Assembly (NCBI GenBank): GCA_951406725.2
Contig: OX597814.1
Location: forward strand, 148,614,001-148,678,000
Origin: Octopus vulgaris
Lineage: Eukaryota
Direction: 5' to 3'
DNA: 64,000 nucleotides
Numbering within the stretch: position 1 is the stretch's first letter; every line of letters begins with the position of its first letter. The position numbers and the translations under genes were made by a program. Below the pieces are notes generated by a model. That model saw only the letters and a program-made list of their open reading frames with translations. It did no database searches and was not told the DNA's origin. Below, piece by piece: positions 1 to 11,200 of this stretch.

Positions 1-961
1 TATACCTGAGGTCTCGATGGATTGGGATTAGATTTGGTTACTGCTATTCTTGTTGATTTTTCAAAACTATTTTACCCTGGTTCTTTTAACGATTTAAATT
101 AGGATGAAGATCCATCTAACATTGTGTATTGCAGTATTGTTTTACCTAAGGAGTGTATCATTGAAAGGTCGCTTCGTTTTGAAGGTGATAGCTGTCATTT
201 GAACAAGACTGAACTTGGTGACTCCAGGAGCATTTATGACGGCATAAAGGGTCCCTGTTTTTCGCATTCGATTTCAGAGATGTACAATATATGTTGCTTC
301 CAAGATGAGTTCTGCAAGACAAGCGAAAATGTATAAGAACATGAGATATATAGATAAAATGAATCAACAAAAAAGTAAATAATGAAGTTGTCTTAAAGAA
401 AACAAAGACTGAATATCGACCCGGTTGTTGAAATTATTTATTAGTATGGCAGCAAATCCAAGATAAAAATGATAATCACGTTGACATTTTCAAAATGCCT
501 CTACTGAAAATGAAAACGAAAATATGCTATTTTTATCACAGGGTAATTTTCTCATTCTATACAATTTTATGTACAGTTTAAGATAATGAAGTATTTGATT
601 TTCTTTAGTAAGTTTACGGATAAAATACAGATAAAAAAGTATCCATTCTAAATACATTATTTGCACACATGTTGCTAACAGATTTTTTATAACGCCCAAT
701 TTTATAGAATCACAAAAGCACGCTTATATTTTCATTTCTGGTGAGCTGTTGAAACTATAAGCTGATATATGAAACGGAAGTTTAATCCCATTTTTTATTT
801 ACATTTAGTCAATAAAAAGAAAATCATATAAAGAATGTCAGAAACGTTGTAATTTCAAGCTATAGGCATAACATATTCATTTATCAGTTGCAAGAAACTT
901 TACAAATGTCGAATAAATAATAGTTAATGTTTCGAAACATTATCAATTCTATTGAATGTAG

Positions 962-1362
962 TTAGCCGGTCCGGCATCGGTCGCTCGCTCCAGCGCCATC
1001 CATTTTCGGGGCCGGTCGATTCGGCAGGTAAGTTGTTACACACTCCTGAGCGGATTCCGACTTCCGTGGCCACCGTCCTGCTGTCTATATCGACCGACAC
1101 CCTTTCGGGGATCTAATGGGCGAAGCGTAGGGCACCTTAGCCGGACGTTCGGTTCATCCCACATCACCAGTTCTGCTTACCAAAAGTGGCCCACTTGGCA
1201 CCGTGCATTCGTCGTCGCATAACGGCGGCCGCCTCCGATCGGGAGAGGAGCGGCCCGTTTCGCCCGTTCCGAGTTCGAGAGTAGATCGAGGCCGTCAACG
1301 TCCCCGGGGCCTCCAGTCGTTCGCTTTACCGGACGGAATTGCGTGTCGTTCTCCCGCTGGCG

Positions 1363-1405
<43 letters not shown>

Positions 1406-2240
1406 CGGCTCGATTGGTCTTTCGCCCCTACACCCGGTTCCGACGATCGATTTGCACGTCAGAGGCGCTTCGGACTTCCACCAGAGTTTCCTCTGGCTTC
1501 GTCCCGACCGGGCGTGGATCGCCATCTTTCGGGTCCCTGGCCGCCTGCTACACCTGAGTCGGAGCGGGAACGCCGGAGGACGCGAGCGTCGCGGCGAACG
1601 CGCGGACCCGACCCGGGAACGATGCTTCGAAGCGCCGTCCCGCCAGAAGCGAGACGGCGACGTCGTGTCACGTTCTCGCTTTCGCTGTGCCGTCGGAGTT
1701 CGCGAAGTGAAAGGCTCCAACGACTCGCAGTCGACTGGGACTCCTCGGTCCGTGTTTCAAGACGGGTCGGGTAGGTTGCCGATGCTCGTCGCTGACCGGC
1801 GGCAGCGGGCGGCTTTTCGGGCGGAAGGTGTCCCGCGACCGCAACGCGCGTCGCCCCTTGCGAGGGTTTCCGCGCAGTCGCGGCGCGCGGGCGGCCGCGT
1901 CGCTCGCGACCTCCGCAAAGAGGCCGCGCGCGACTCGCTGCGTCGTTCGTGCTAAGGGCGAGGTGCGTTTGCCCGTCTCCGTCGGTTAGCCGTGCCTGCG
2001 CTTTACGTGGAGCGACGGGCCCGGTCGAGAAGAGCGCGTGGATCCCACCGACCGCCGCTTGCGCGGCGGCGACGAGGCTCTCGTCTGCGACCTGCGGACG
2101 GCGCGCGCCTACCGGCCCGACGGGAAACGGGTCGCGACGACGGATCGGAGGGGAAGTGCGTCCGATGCCGGCGCCCCGGGAATCGAACGCCGACGAGGCG
2201 GCAGACGACCGCCCGCGGAACGAGCGGCCGCCACCGGCGC
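962..2240 (-). pseudogene. 28S rRNA fragment (about D2 to just past D5), truncated at both ends
   Basis: Reverse complements of universal LSU cores: gctccagcgccatccattttc (~987), ttctgcttaccaaaagtggcccac (~1171), ctatcctgagggaaacttcggagggaaccagctacta (~1367), ccgtgtttcaagacggg (~1750). The 5' core and D1 motifs are absent, and the sequence stops abruptly in AT-rich DNA at ~961. Confidence 0.92.
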
Positions 2241-2557
2241 GTTCGGAGAGGAAGACGCTCGGAGAGGAAGACGCAGAGGAAGACGCGGACGCGCGACGAG
2301 GGGGCCTCGCCGTGTCGTCGTTGTCGTTCCTGCTACTGATCCCTTACTCCTCTGCTTCCGCACTTCGGCGGGCTCCCTCCTCCTCCGCAACAGCGCTTCG
2401 CAACGATGACGGTCTGGCATTACGGGAGACGGACGATCGAGCGGCGGCGGCTCGCGCGCGAGATAACGAGGGCCTCGCGGCGAGCGCCGCCGCTTTCCTG
2501 CGACTCCCGACTCCCCGCCGCAGCCAACGGCCGCGGCGGACTGCGTTTTCGTGTCTT
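2241..2557 (-). other. ITS2 remnant joined directly to 28S D2
   Basis: GC-rich spacer between the 5.8S 3' end and D2-like sequence. The left boundary is uncertain (gaggaagacgc triplet repeat at ~2248-2286). Confidence 0.55.
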
Positions 2558-2718
2558 GACCGCCTCTCGACCGGACGGGGCCCCGGGACGATAGGATCCC
2601 GGGGCCGCAATGTGCGTTCGAGGTGTCGATGTTCACTGAGTCCTGCAATTCGCATCAGTTCACGCGGATAGCCGCGCTCTTCATCGACGGACGAGCCGAG
2701 TGATCCCCGTCCAGGGTT
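2558..2718 (-). rRNA. 5.8S rRNA
   Basis: Reverse complement of 5.8S motifs: ggggccgcaatgtgcgttcg, gtcctgcaattc, tcttcatcgacggacgagccgagtgatcc. Confidence 0.93.
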
Positions 2719-2879
2719 TCGGTATATTTGCTACTACTACGCGCTAGACGTACGGAAAGAAAAAAAAGGAAAGCGGCGCGGCCCCCGACAGGAGGCCGGC
2801 GCCGCGCGACGGAAAAAAATAAAATGAGATTCGAAGGCGTCGACAGCGGAACGAAGCGCGCCACTGCCGACGCCAACGG

Positions 2880-3828
2880 CGAGGTAGGAAGGAAGAGAGA
2901 AAATGGTCATGGAGCTCGCAAAGCGTGCAAGCCCCGTCGTCCGAGCGCCATGAGGGCGGGCCGACGCCGGCAGGGTGGTTGCGCGGTCGGCAGCAGAGAG
3001 TCGCGGCGTGTCGGCGGGCTGCCGCGACGGCTACTGCTGCGCTGTTAGAGGGCCGAATCAAGAGCATTCGGTGGTACTCGGGCGAGGGGGCCCGGCCGCG
3101 GCTTTTGGCTCGGCAAGTCTCGCGAAGAGACTGCGCGCTAGGAGGCGAGGAAATGTAAAAAGACGGCCGCGCGTTACGGTGGTCATCGGAAGGCGCCGGG
3201 CGGCGCCCACGGCCTAGGCCGAATCGCGCGGTCGGCGAGGCAGGAAGGAAGAGAGAAAATGGTCATGGAGCTCGCAAAGCGTGCAAGCCCCGTCGTCCGA
3301 GCGCCATGAGGGCGGGCCGACGCCGGCAGGGTGGTTGCGCGGTCGGCAGCAGAGAGTCGCGGCGTGTGTTACGGCGGGCTGCCGCGACTGCTAATGCTGC
3401 GCTGTTAGAGGGCCGAATCAAGAGCATTCGGTGGTACTCGGGCGAGGGGCCCGGCCGCGACTTTTTTGGCTCGGCAAGTCTCGCGAAGAGACTGCGCGCT
3501 AGGAGGCGAGGAAATAAAAAAAAAAAGACGGCCGCGCGTTACGGTGGTCATCGGAAGGCGCCGGGCGGCGCCCACGGCTTAGGCCGAATCGCGCGGTCGG
3601 CGAGGCAGGAAGGAAGAGAAAATGGTCATGGAGCTCGCAAAGCGTGCAAGCCCCGTCGTCCGAGCGCCATGAGGGCGGGCCGACGCCGGCAGGGTGGTTG
3701 CGCGGTCGGCAGCAGAGAGTCGCGGCGTGTGTTTTACGGCGGGCTGCCGCGACCGCTACTGCTGCGCTGTTAGAGGGCCGAATCAAGAGCATTCGGTGGT
3801 ACTCGGGCGAGGGGGCCCGGCCGCGACT
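2880..3828. repeat. ~360-bp tandem repeat (about 2.6 copies) inside ITS1 (2719-3899)
   Basis: aaatggtcatggagctcgcaaagcg recurs at 2901, 3257 and 3620 (periods 356 and 363) with near-identical units. Confidence 0.92.
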
Positions 3829-3899
3829 TACGAAAAAAAAAGAAAATTCGGGGCGGATCGCGAACGTTTATTTTTGTTTCTCTTTCGAGAACACGGCGC

Positions 3900-3957
<58 letters not shown>

Positions 3958-4076
3958 AGCGATCGGGTTCGGTCGTCTTCTCCGGGCCATCAGAGAACGC
4001 GCCGACGACGGCGCAAAACGCCGCCGCGCGTAAGCGGACTCGTCGGCCAGATCCGAGGACCTCACCGGACCGTTCG

Positions 4077-4119
<43 letters not shown>

Positions 4120-4803
4120 GATCGACGCGGGCTGATGACCCGCGCCTACCGGGAATTCCTCGTTCACGGGGTTGGTTCCAGGCCCCGATCCCTATCACGG
4201 GAGGTGGTTCAGAGGTTTCCCGACCCTCTCGGGCCGGGGGAGACGCGCCCGCTGATACCTCCAGTGTAGCGCGCGTGCGGCCCCGGACATCTAAGGGCAT
4301 CACAGACCTGTTATCGCTCCGCCTCGTGCGGCTTTCTGCCGCCCGTCCCTCTAAGAAGCGCTGCGTTCGCCAACCGACTGGCCCGGACGCGACGGCGTGC
4401 CGCCGCCGGGCTCGCGCGGGCCGAGCCGACCGGGTCACCGCCGCCGCTCCGCAACCGACGCCGCAACCACGCCGCGACCGAACCCCCGCGAACGGGGGAC
4501 GGCAGCCGGACGCAGCCGCAGCGCCGGACGCGAAGGAGAGCGGCGGCAACGGCAAGCCCGGGCCGCGCGCGGAGCTACCGACGACGGCTTCGGCGCCGCC
4601 GCGCTACCGGAAAAGCACTAATCGACGCGCTAGTTAGCAGGCCGGAGTCTCGTTCGTTATCGGAATCAACCAGACGGATCGCTCCACCAACTAAGAACGG
4701 CCATGCACCACCACCCACCGAATCGAGAAAGAGCTATCGATCTGTCAATCCTACCGGTGTCCGGACCGGGTGAGTTTTCCCGTGTTGAGTCAAATTAAGC
4801 CGC

Positions 4804-4849
<46 letters not shown>

Positions 4850-6537
4850 TGTTTTGCAACCATACTCCCCCCGGAACCGACTATGGTTTCCCGCGCAGGC
4901 TCCCCGCCGGGTCATCGAAGCGAACGCCGGCGGAGCGCCAGTCGGCATCGTTTACGGTCGGAACTACGACGGTATCTGATCGTCTTCGAACCTCCGACTT
5001 TCGCTCTTGATCGAGGAAAACGTGCTTGCCACACGCCGTCGCTGCAGTGCGTCTTGCGACGATCCAAGAATTTCACCTCTAACGTCGCAATACGAGTGGC
5101 CCCGATCGCTCCCTTCGATCATTGCCTCGTCGTGAACGGAGACCGACGGATGACGCGCGGACGAGGCCATTTTCCATCATTCCATGCTTTTCGTATGCAA
5201 GCCGGCGGGGCTCGCTCTGAGCACTCTAATTTTTTCACAGTGAACGTACCGGCCGCCTCGGACACTCGGCGAAGAGCACCCTCGGAGGAACCGTGCGGGC
5301 CGAAACGACCGGGAGGTGGACGCGCTACTACCGCTAGAACGCGAACGGCGACGACGCCCATTAGCGCACCCGCCTCGTGGCTCCCGCGCGCACGCGCACA
5401 CGCCTGACCGACCCGCGCCGTTGAAGGCGCAGGCGTGAAACCGGACGCGACGCGACGACGCGACGACGCGGGCGAAGACGAGCGCTGGACGGGGTGCCGA
5501 GTCGCGGCGGCGACGCGAGCAGAGCTCCGCGGCCCGACCGCGCACGCACCGGCGAATAGGGCCGGGAGTGCGAACGGACGACCGAAGCGGACGCGCCAGA
5601 AGCGCGCCTGCGACGGCGCCGTCGCCCCGAACGTGCTGGGGCACGTTTTCGAGACCCGAATTCCGACTACGAGCTTTTCAAACGCAACAATTTTAATATA
5701 CGCTACCAGAGCTGGAATTACCGCGGCTGCTGGCACCAGACTTGCCCTCCGGTCGATCCTCGTTAACGGATTTGAAGTGTACTCATTCCGATCGCGGGGC
5801 CTCGACAGAGTCCCGCGTCGTTATTTTTCGTCACTACCTCCCCGTGCCGGGAGTGGGTAATTTGCGCGCCTGCTGCCTTCCTTGGATGTGGTAGCCGTTT
5901 CGCATGCTCCCTCTCCGGAATCGAACCCTGATTCCCCGTTACCCGTTGCCACCACGGTCGGCACTGACCGGGCCGTCGACAGTTGATAGGGCGGACTCGC
6001 GGGGGACCCGTCGCGCGAAGGCTAGTGCGATACTAGCCCGTGCGATCGTACTGACAGTTATCCAGAGTCACCAAAATCGAAGGGCGTGAAGCCGCCGCAC
6101 GCCTAAGACCCGCGCGCGGAAGGCGCGGCGGCTGCTGCGACGGCCCGTACGCGTCGGTCTCAGTCTAATATTTGCGCCGCGACCAATGCGGAAGGCCGAC
6201 CGTATCGTCGCGACCGGGAGGGACGGGCGCGGATGCGCCGCCCCAGGTCCGGCCGAGCGGACGCGACGGCGACGCCGCGCGAAACGCGACGGCTGCCGAA
6301 CGCCGTTTTCGAGCCCGACGCCCGGGTGCGACCTGCGATCGCGGCTTCGGTTGCATGTATTAGCTCTAGAATTGCCACAGTTATCCACTCTCCTCGCGGT
6401 GGAAGAATACGGTCCCGAGGATTAGGTCCGGTTCCTGAGCCATTCGCGGTTTCACCATTCGTTTACGGCATGAACTTACACTTGCATGGCTTAAGCTTTG
6501 AGACAAGCATATGACTACTGGCAGGATCAACCAGGTA
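3900..6537 (-). rRNA. 18S rRNA, ~2.64 kb with large GC-rich expansions
   Basis: 3' end taatgatccttccgcaggttcacctac at 3900 and 5' end gcaggatcaaccaggta ending at 6537. Internal universal motifs gacgggcggtgtgtac, ccgtcaattcctttaagtttc, gaattaccgcggctgctgg and tgctgccttccttggatgtgg are in the correct order. Confidence 0.97.
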
Positions 6538-8128
6538 TCACCGACGTTACGTTTCGAGAAGAACGAAGCGCGCGCGCGGCGGCGGCGGAAGCTCGGGAAG
6601 CAGCCGCCCGCCGCCGACGACGACGATCGGAAACGAGAGCGAAAGGGAATCGGAGGGTCCGAAAACAGGGGGCGCCGCGAGGGCGCTCGCGAGTTCGGCC
6701 GCCGTTCGTATACGCGCGCGCCAGCTCCTTCCTCGTCGCCGCGGAGGAGTAGAAGAAGGCGAAAACGACACGGGTCGACGCGCGAAGAAGCGTTCGCGAT
6801 ACAAGAAACGGTTTGCGATCCGACTGCCGCACACCGGGGCCGCTGCGGACGGGCTCCGGTGCGGGTCGATTCGAAGTGGGGGCCGGTTCCGGGCGGAAGA
6901 GGAGAAGAAGGCGGCGAAGAAGAAGAAGGCCAGCGACTAGGTCGGCAGACGAGAGGGGCAGCGGCGATTGGCGCGGGCCCGCTACAGCTTTTAGACTCGC
7001 CCGGCGCCCTACGCGTCGGTGGTGGTCGTCGTCGTCGTCGTCGTCGCTTCCTCCACCCGATCCTTCCGAAACGGCTGCGACGAACTGCGTCCGGACTGCG
7101 GTCAACGAGCGAGTGCCATGACGGTGGTCGCCACGAAAACGACGCGCGCGCCAAGGCGGGGTGATGCCGGGAAGGAGAAGAAAAAGCTGCGGAAACGCTA
7201 CGAGGCAGCGAAACCCGGAGTTGAAGCCACGGTTCCGTCCAGGGAAGAAGGGACGGACACGGCACCGCTCTCTTTCGGAGACGCCGCGTCGCCTGTGGCG
7301 GAACGGGAAGCGACGGCTAGCCCGTCCGCCGCGCCGGCGGCGACGCGACACGAGGTCAGCGGCGTAACCTGACCGGGTCCTCGGCGGCGAAGACGAGGCC
7401 GGGGGTCGGAAGGAAGGAAGGAAAAAAAAAAAAAGAAAACGCGGTAACGAGAAGCGGTTCGATTGCGGGAGGACGAACCGGCGAGCGTGAAGAGGCGGGC
7501 AGACGCGGGCGTCGAGGGAGCGCGTCTAAAAGGCGGGCGGTGTGGCGGCGGCGGCAGACATTCGAGGACGCGCCAGCCGTGTAGAGTTGACCTTGCACCG
7601 GCAATAAGGGAGCCAACCGTTGGCAGAAAGGAGCGCCGACAACATCCCTTCCAGGCGGTCCACCTATGCCGTTCGGCCGCGACCCTACGTAAATAGCGCT
7701 TGTGCGGCGGTTGCCGGCCGGCGGGCGAGCGAAGGAAGGAAATAAGGCGGGCGGGCGGGCAAACGCGTGCGTCGAAAGGGTCGGGCGAACGCAGCGGCGT
7801 CTGAAAGGCGGGCGAAGGCGTGCGTCGAAAGATGCGGGTAGAACGCAGCGTCTAGTAGGCGGGCGGGCGGGCGGGAAGAAGCGGACGTCCAGAGGCGGGC
7901 GAAGGCGGGCTTCAAACGGCGGGCGAAGGCGGGCAAACGCGGGCGTCAACGGGCGGGCGAACGCAGCGTCTGAAAAGGCGGGCGGTTCGGCGGCGGAAAT
8001 TCGAGGAGGCACCGGCCGTGTAGAATCGATCTTGCACCGGCAAACGGGGAGCTAACCGTCATCAGAAAAGGAGCTACGAGGACATCCTTCCGAGACGCTA
8101 ACCTATGCCGATCAACCACAACCCTACA
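6538..8128 (-). other. 5' external transcribed spacer (putative extent)
   Basis: GC-rich sequence upstream of 18S, up to the first promoter-like unit; contains short ggcgggcg/aacgcagcgtct subrepeats at ~7730-7990. Confidence 0.6.
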
Positions 8129-8250
8129 TATTAGTCTGGACCCCCTCGGGGTGCGACGGTCACCTAGAGGCGTGACTATCCAGCCGGGGCCGATCCGTTT
8201 GCTTACGGTCCGAGCACCTCCGTGTTCACGGGTCGGACCACGTCGCTGTT
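8120..8250 (-). promoter_or_regulatory. Putative RNA polymerase I gene promoter / initiation site
   Basis: Minus strand reads ...ccagacTAATATGTAGGG at ~8133-8122, an AT-rich initiator followed by GGG as at many Pol I starts. The upstream ~120 bp is repeated four more times in the IGS. Confidence 0.5.
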
Positions 8251-11200
8251 TTTACTCGGTGCATATCGCCACGCACTCCCGGTGACTGACGGCATCGATC
8301 GCGCCTACGTCCACGTGTACGTGGGCGAGAGCGCGAGTTTCGCCTAAGTCCCGATCGAGCCTCGCGGTAGCGCGGCGGAACTGCGGGCGAAGGCGGTAGA
8401 AAGCGGGCGAATGCACGCCGCAATCGGCCGTTGCTTGCACCGGCCGCACTTTGTCATCTTTCGGGAATTTACGGGACGGACCGCGTCGCCGCATCGAACG
8501 CCCGCACGTCGCGACGTCGGTCGCGGCTACGTCCTCGCGTACGCGGGCGAGACCGCACGCTGAAGTTCGTGCTTTCGATTTCACGCACGGTAGGGCGGCG
8601 GAGACGCGGGCGACCGGCGCACGCCTTCCGCCGCTACCTCGTGCTAGCCGCAGTTTGTCATCTTTCGGGATTTTTACGGGACGGACCACGTACTCCTATC
8701 GAGCGCCGGTATCTCGTGAACGCCTTCCGGCACCGGTGGCGGCTACGTCCACGCGTACGGGGGTCGAACCGCGAGCTTAGGTTCGTTCTTTCGATTTCGG
8801 GCACGTCAGGGCGGCGGAGCAACGGGCGACCGTGCTAGTCGCAGTTTGCCATCTTTCGTGTTTTTACGGGACGCACCACGTCGCCGTATCGACGGCGTGC
8901 ATCTCGTGAACGCCTTCCGGCATCGGTGGCGCCTACGTCCACGCGTACGGGGGTCGCCCCGCGCGCTTAACTTCGTTCTTTCGAATTCGGGCACGTCAGG
9001 GCGGCGGAGCAACGGGCGACCGTGCTAGCCGCAGTTTGCCATCTTTCGTGTTTTTACGGGACGGACCGCGTCGCCGTATCGACGGCGTGCATCTCGTGAA
9101 CGCCTTCCGGCATCGGTGGCGGCTACGTCCACGCGTCTGTGGGCCGTACCGCGAGCGTGGGTTCGTTCTTTCGGTTTCGGGCACGGTCGCGCGGCGGAGG
9201 AACGGGCGACCGGCGCGGGCCTGCCGCTAACGGCCCCGCGGCTCGCGGACGAACGGGAGAAAGCGAGGCGGCGCGAAGGCGGCGGCCACCCGCCGGGCTG
9301 ACGGCGTCGCAGGCTGACGTCTCTGGCATCCTGCCGAACGGTCCCCGAGGCATGAAACCTGCCGACTGCAAGCCCTCAATATAGTCTTGACCCCCTTGGG
9401 GTTCGACGGTCACCTAGAGGCGTGACTATCCAGCCGGGGCCGATCCGTTTGCTTACGGTCCGAGCACCTCCTTAACTCACGGGTCGGACCACGTCGCTGT
9501 CTTCACCCGGTGCATATCGCCACGCACTCCCGGCGACTGACGGCATCGGTCGCGCCTACGTCCGCGTGTACGTGGGCGAAAGCGCGAGTTTCGCTCGAGT
9601 CGCATTACGGCCTCGCGGTAGCGCGGCGGAGCTGCGGGCGAAGGCGGTAGAAGGCGGGCGAATGCCCGCCGCAATCGGCCGTTGCCTGCACCGGCCGCAC
9701 TTTGTCATCCTTCGGGAATTTACGGGACGGACCGCGTCGCCGCATCGGACGCCCGCACGTCGCGACATCGGTCGCGGCTACGTCCACGCGTACGCGGGCG
9801 AGACCGCACGCTCGAGTTCGTGCTTTCGATTTCACGCGCGGTAGGGCGGCGGAGACGCGGGCGACCGGCGCACGCCTTCCGCCGCTACCTCGTGCTAGCC
9901 GCAGTTTGTCATCTTTCGGGATTTTACGGGACGGACCACGTACTCCTATCGAGCGCCGGTATCACGTGAACGCCTTCCGGCACCGGTGGCGGCTACGTCC
10001 ACGCGTACGGGGGTCGCACCGCGAGCTTAGGTTCGTCCTTTCGATTTCGGGCACGTCTGGGCGGCGGAGCAACGGGCGACCGAGCTAGCCGCAGTTTGCC
10101 ATCTTTCGTGTTTTCACGGGACGCACCACGTCGCCGTATCGACGGCGTGCATCTCGTGAACGCCTTCCGGCATCGGTCGCGGCTACGTCCACGCGTACGT
10201 GGGCGAGACCGCACGCTCAAGTTCGTTCTTTCGATTTCGGGCACGCTAGGGCGGCGGATCAACGGGCGACCGTGCTAGCCGCAGTTTGCCATCTTTCGGG
10301 TTTTTACGGGACGGACCGCGTCGCCGTATCGACGGCGTGCATCTCGTGAACGCCCTTCCAACATCGGTGGCGGCTACGTCCGCGCGTCCGTGGGCCGTAC
10401 CGCGAGCGTGGGTTCGTTATTTCGGTTTCGGGCACGGTAGCGCGGCGGAGGAACGGGCGATCGGCGCGGGCCTGCCGCTAACGGCCCCGCGGCTCGCGGA
10501 CGAACGGGAGAAAGCGAGGCGGCGCGAAGGCGGCGGCCGCCCGTCGGGCCGACGGCGTCGCAGGCTGACGTCTCTGGCATCCTGCCGAACGGTCCCCGAG
10601 GCATGAAACCTGCCGACTGCAAGCCCTCAATATAGTCTTGACCCCCTTGGGGTGCGACGGTCACCTAGAGGCGTGACTATCCAGCCGGGGCCGATCCGTT
10701 TGCTTACGGTCCGAGCACCTCCTTAACTCACGGGTCGGACCACGTCGCTGTTTTTACCCGGTGCATATCGCCACGCACTCCCGGCGACTGACGGCATCGA
10801 TCGCGCTTACGTCCACGTGTACGTGGGCGAGAGCGCACAGCTTCGCTAAGCCCTCACTTCAGCCTCGCGGTAGCGCGGCGGAGGCGCGGGCGAAGGCGGG
10901 CGCAGGCCCGCAGCTACCGGCACCGGCCGCAGTTTGTCATCTTTCGGGAATTTACGAGACGGACCACGTCGCCGTATCGAACGCCAGTACCTCGCAGCAT
11001 CGGTCGCGGCTAGGTCCGCGCGTACGTGGCCGACACCGCCCGCTTAGTTTCGTGCTTTCGATTTCACGCACGGTTCGGCGGCGGAGACGCGGGCGACCGG
11101 CGCAGGCCTGCCGCTACATCGCGCTAGCCGCTGTTTGTCATCTTTCGGGATTTTACGGGACGGACCGCGTCGCCGTATCGAGCGCGTGCATCTCGCGAAC

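Noticed and set aside
1-370. Possible exon or retroelement remnant
   Set aside because: Short ORFs with no convincing motif.
8030-8070. CUGAUGA followed by a cgg/ccg stem on the minus strand
   Set aside because: No GAAA after the stem, and the core is not kept in the duplicate at ~7620; not a hammerhead.
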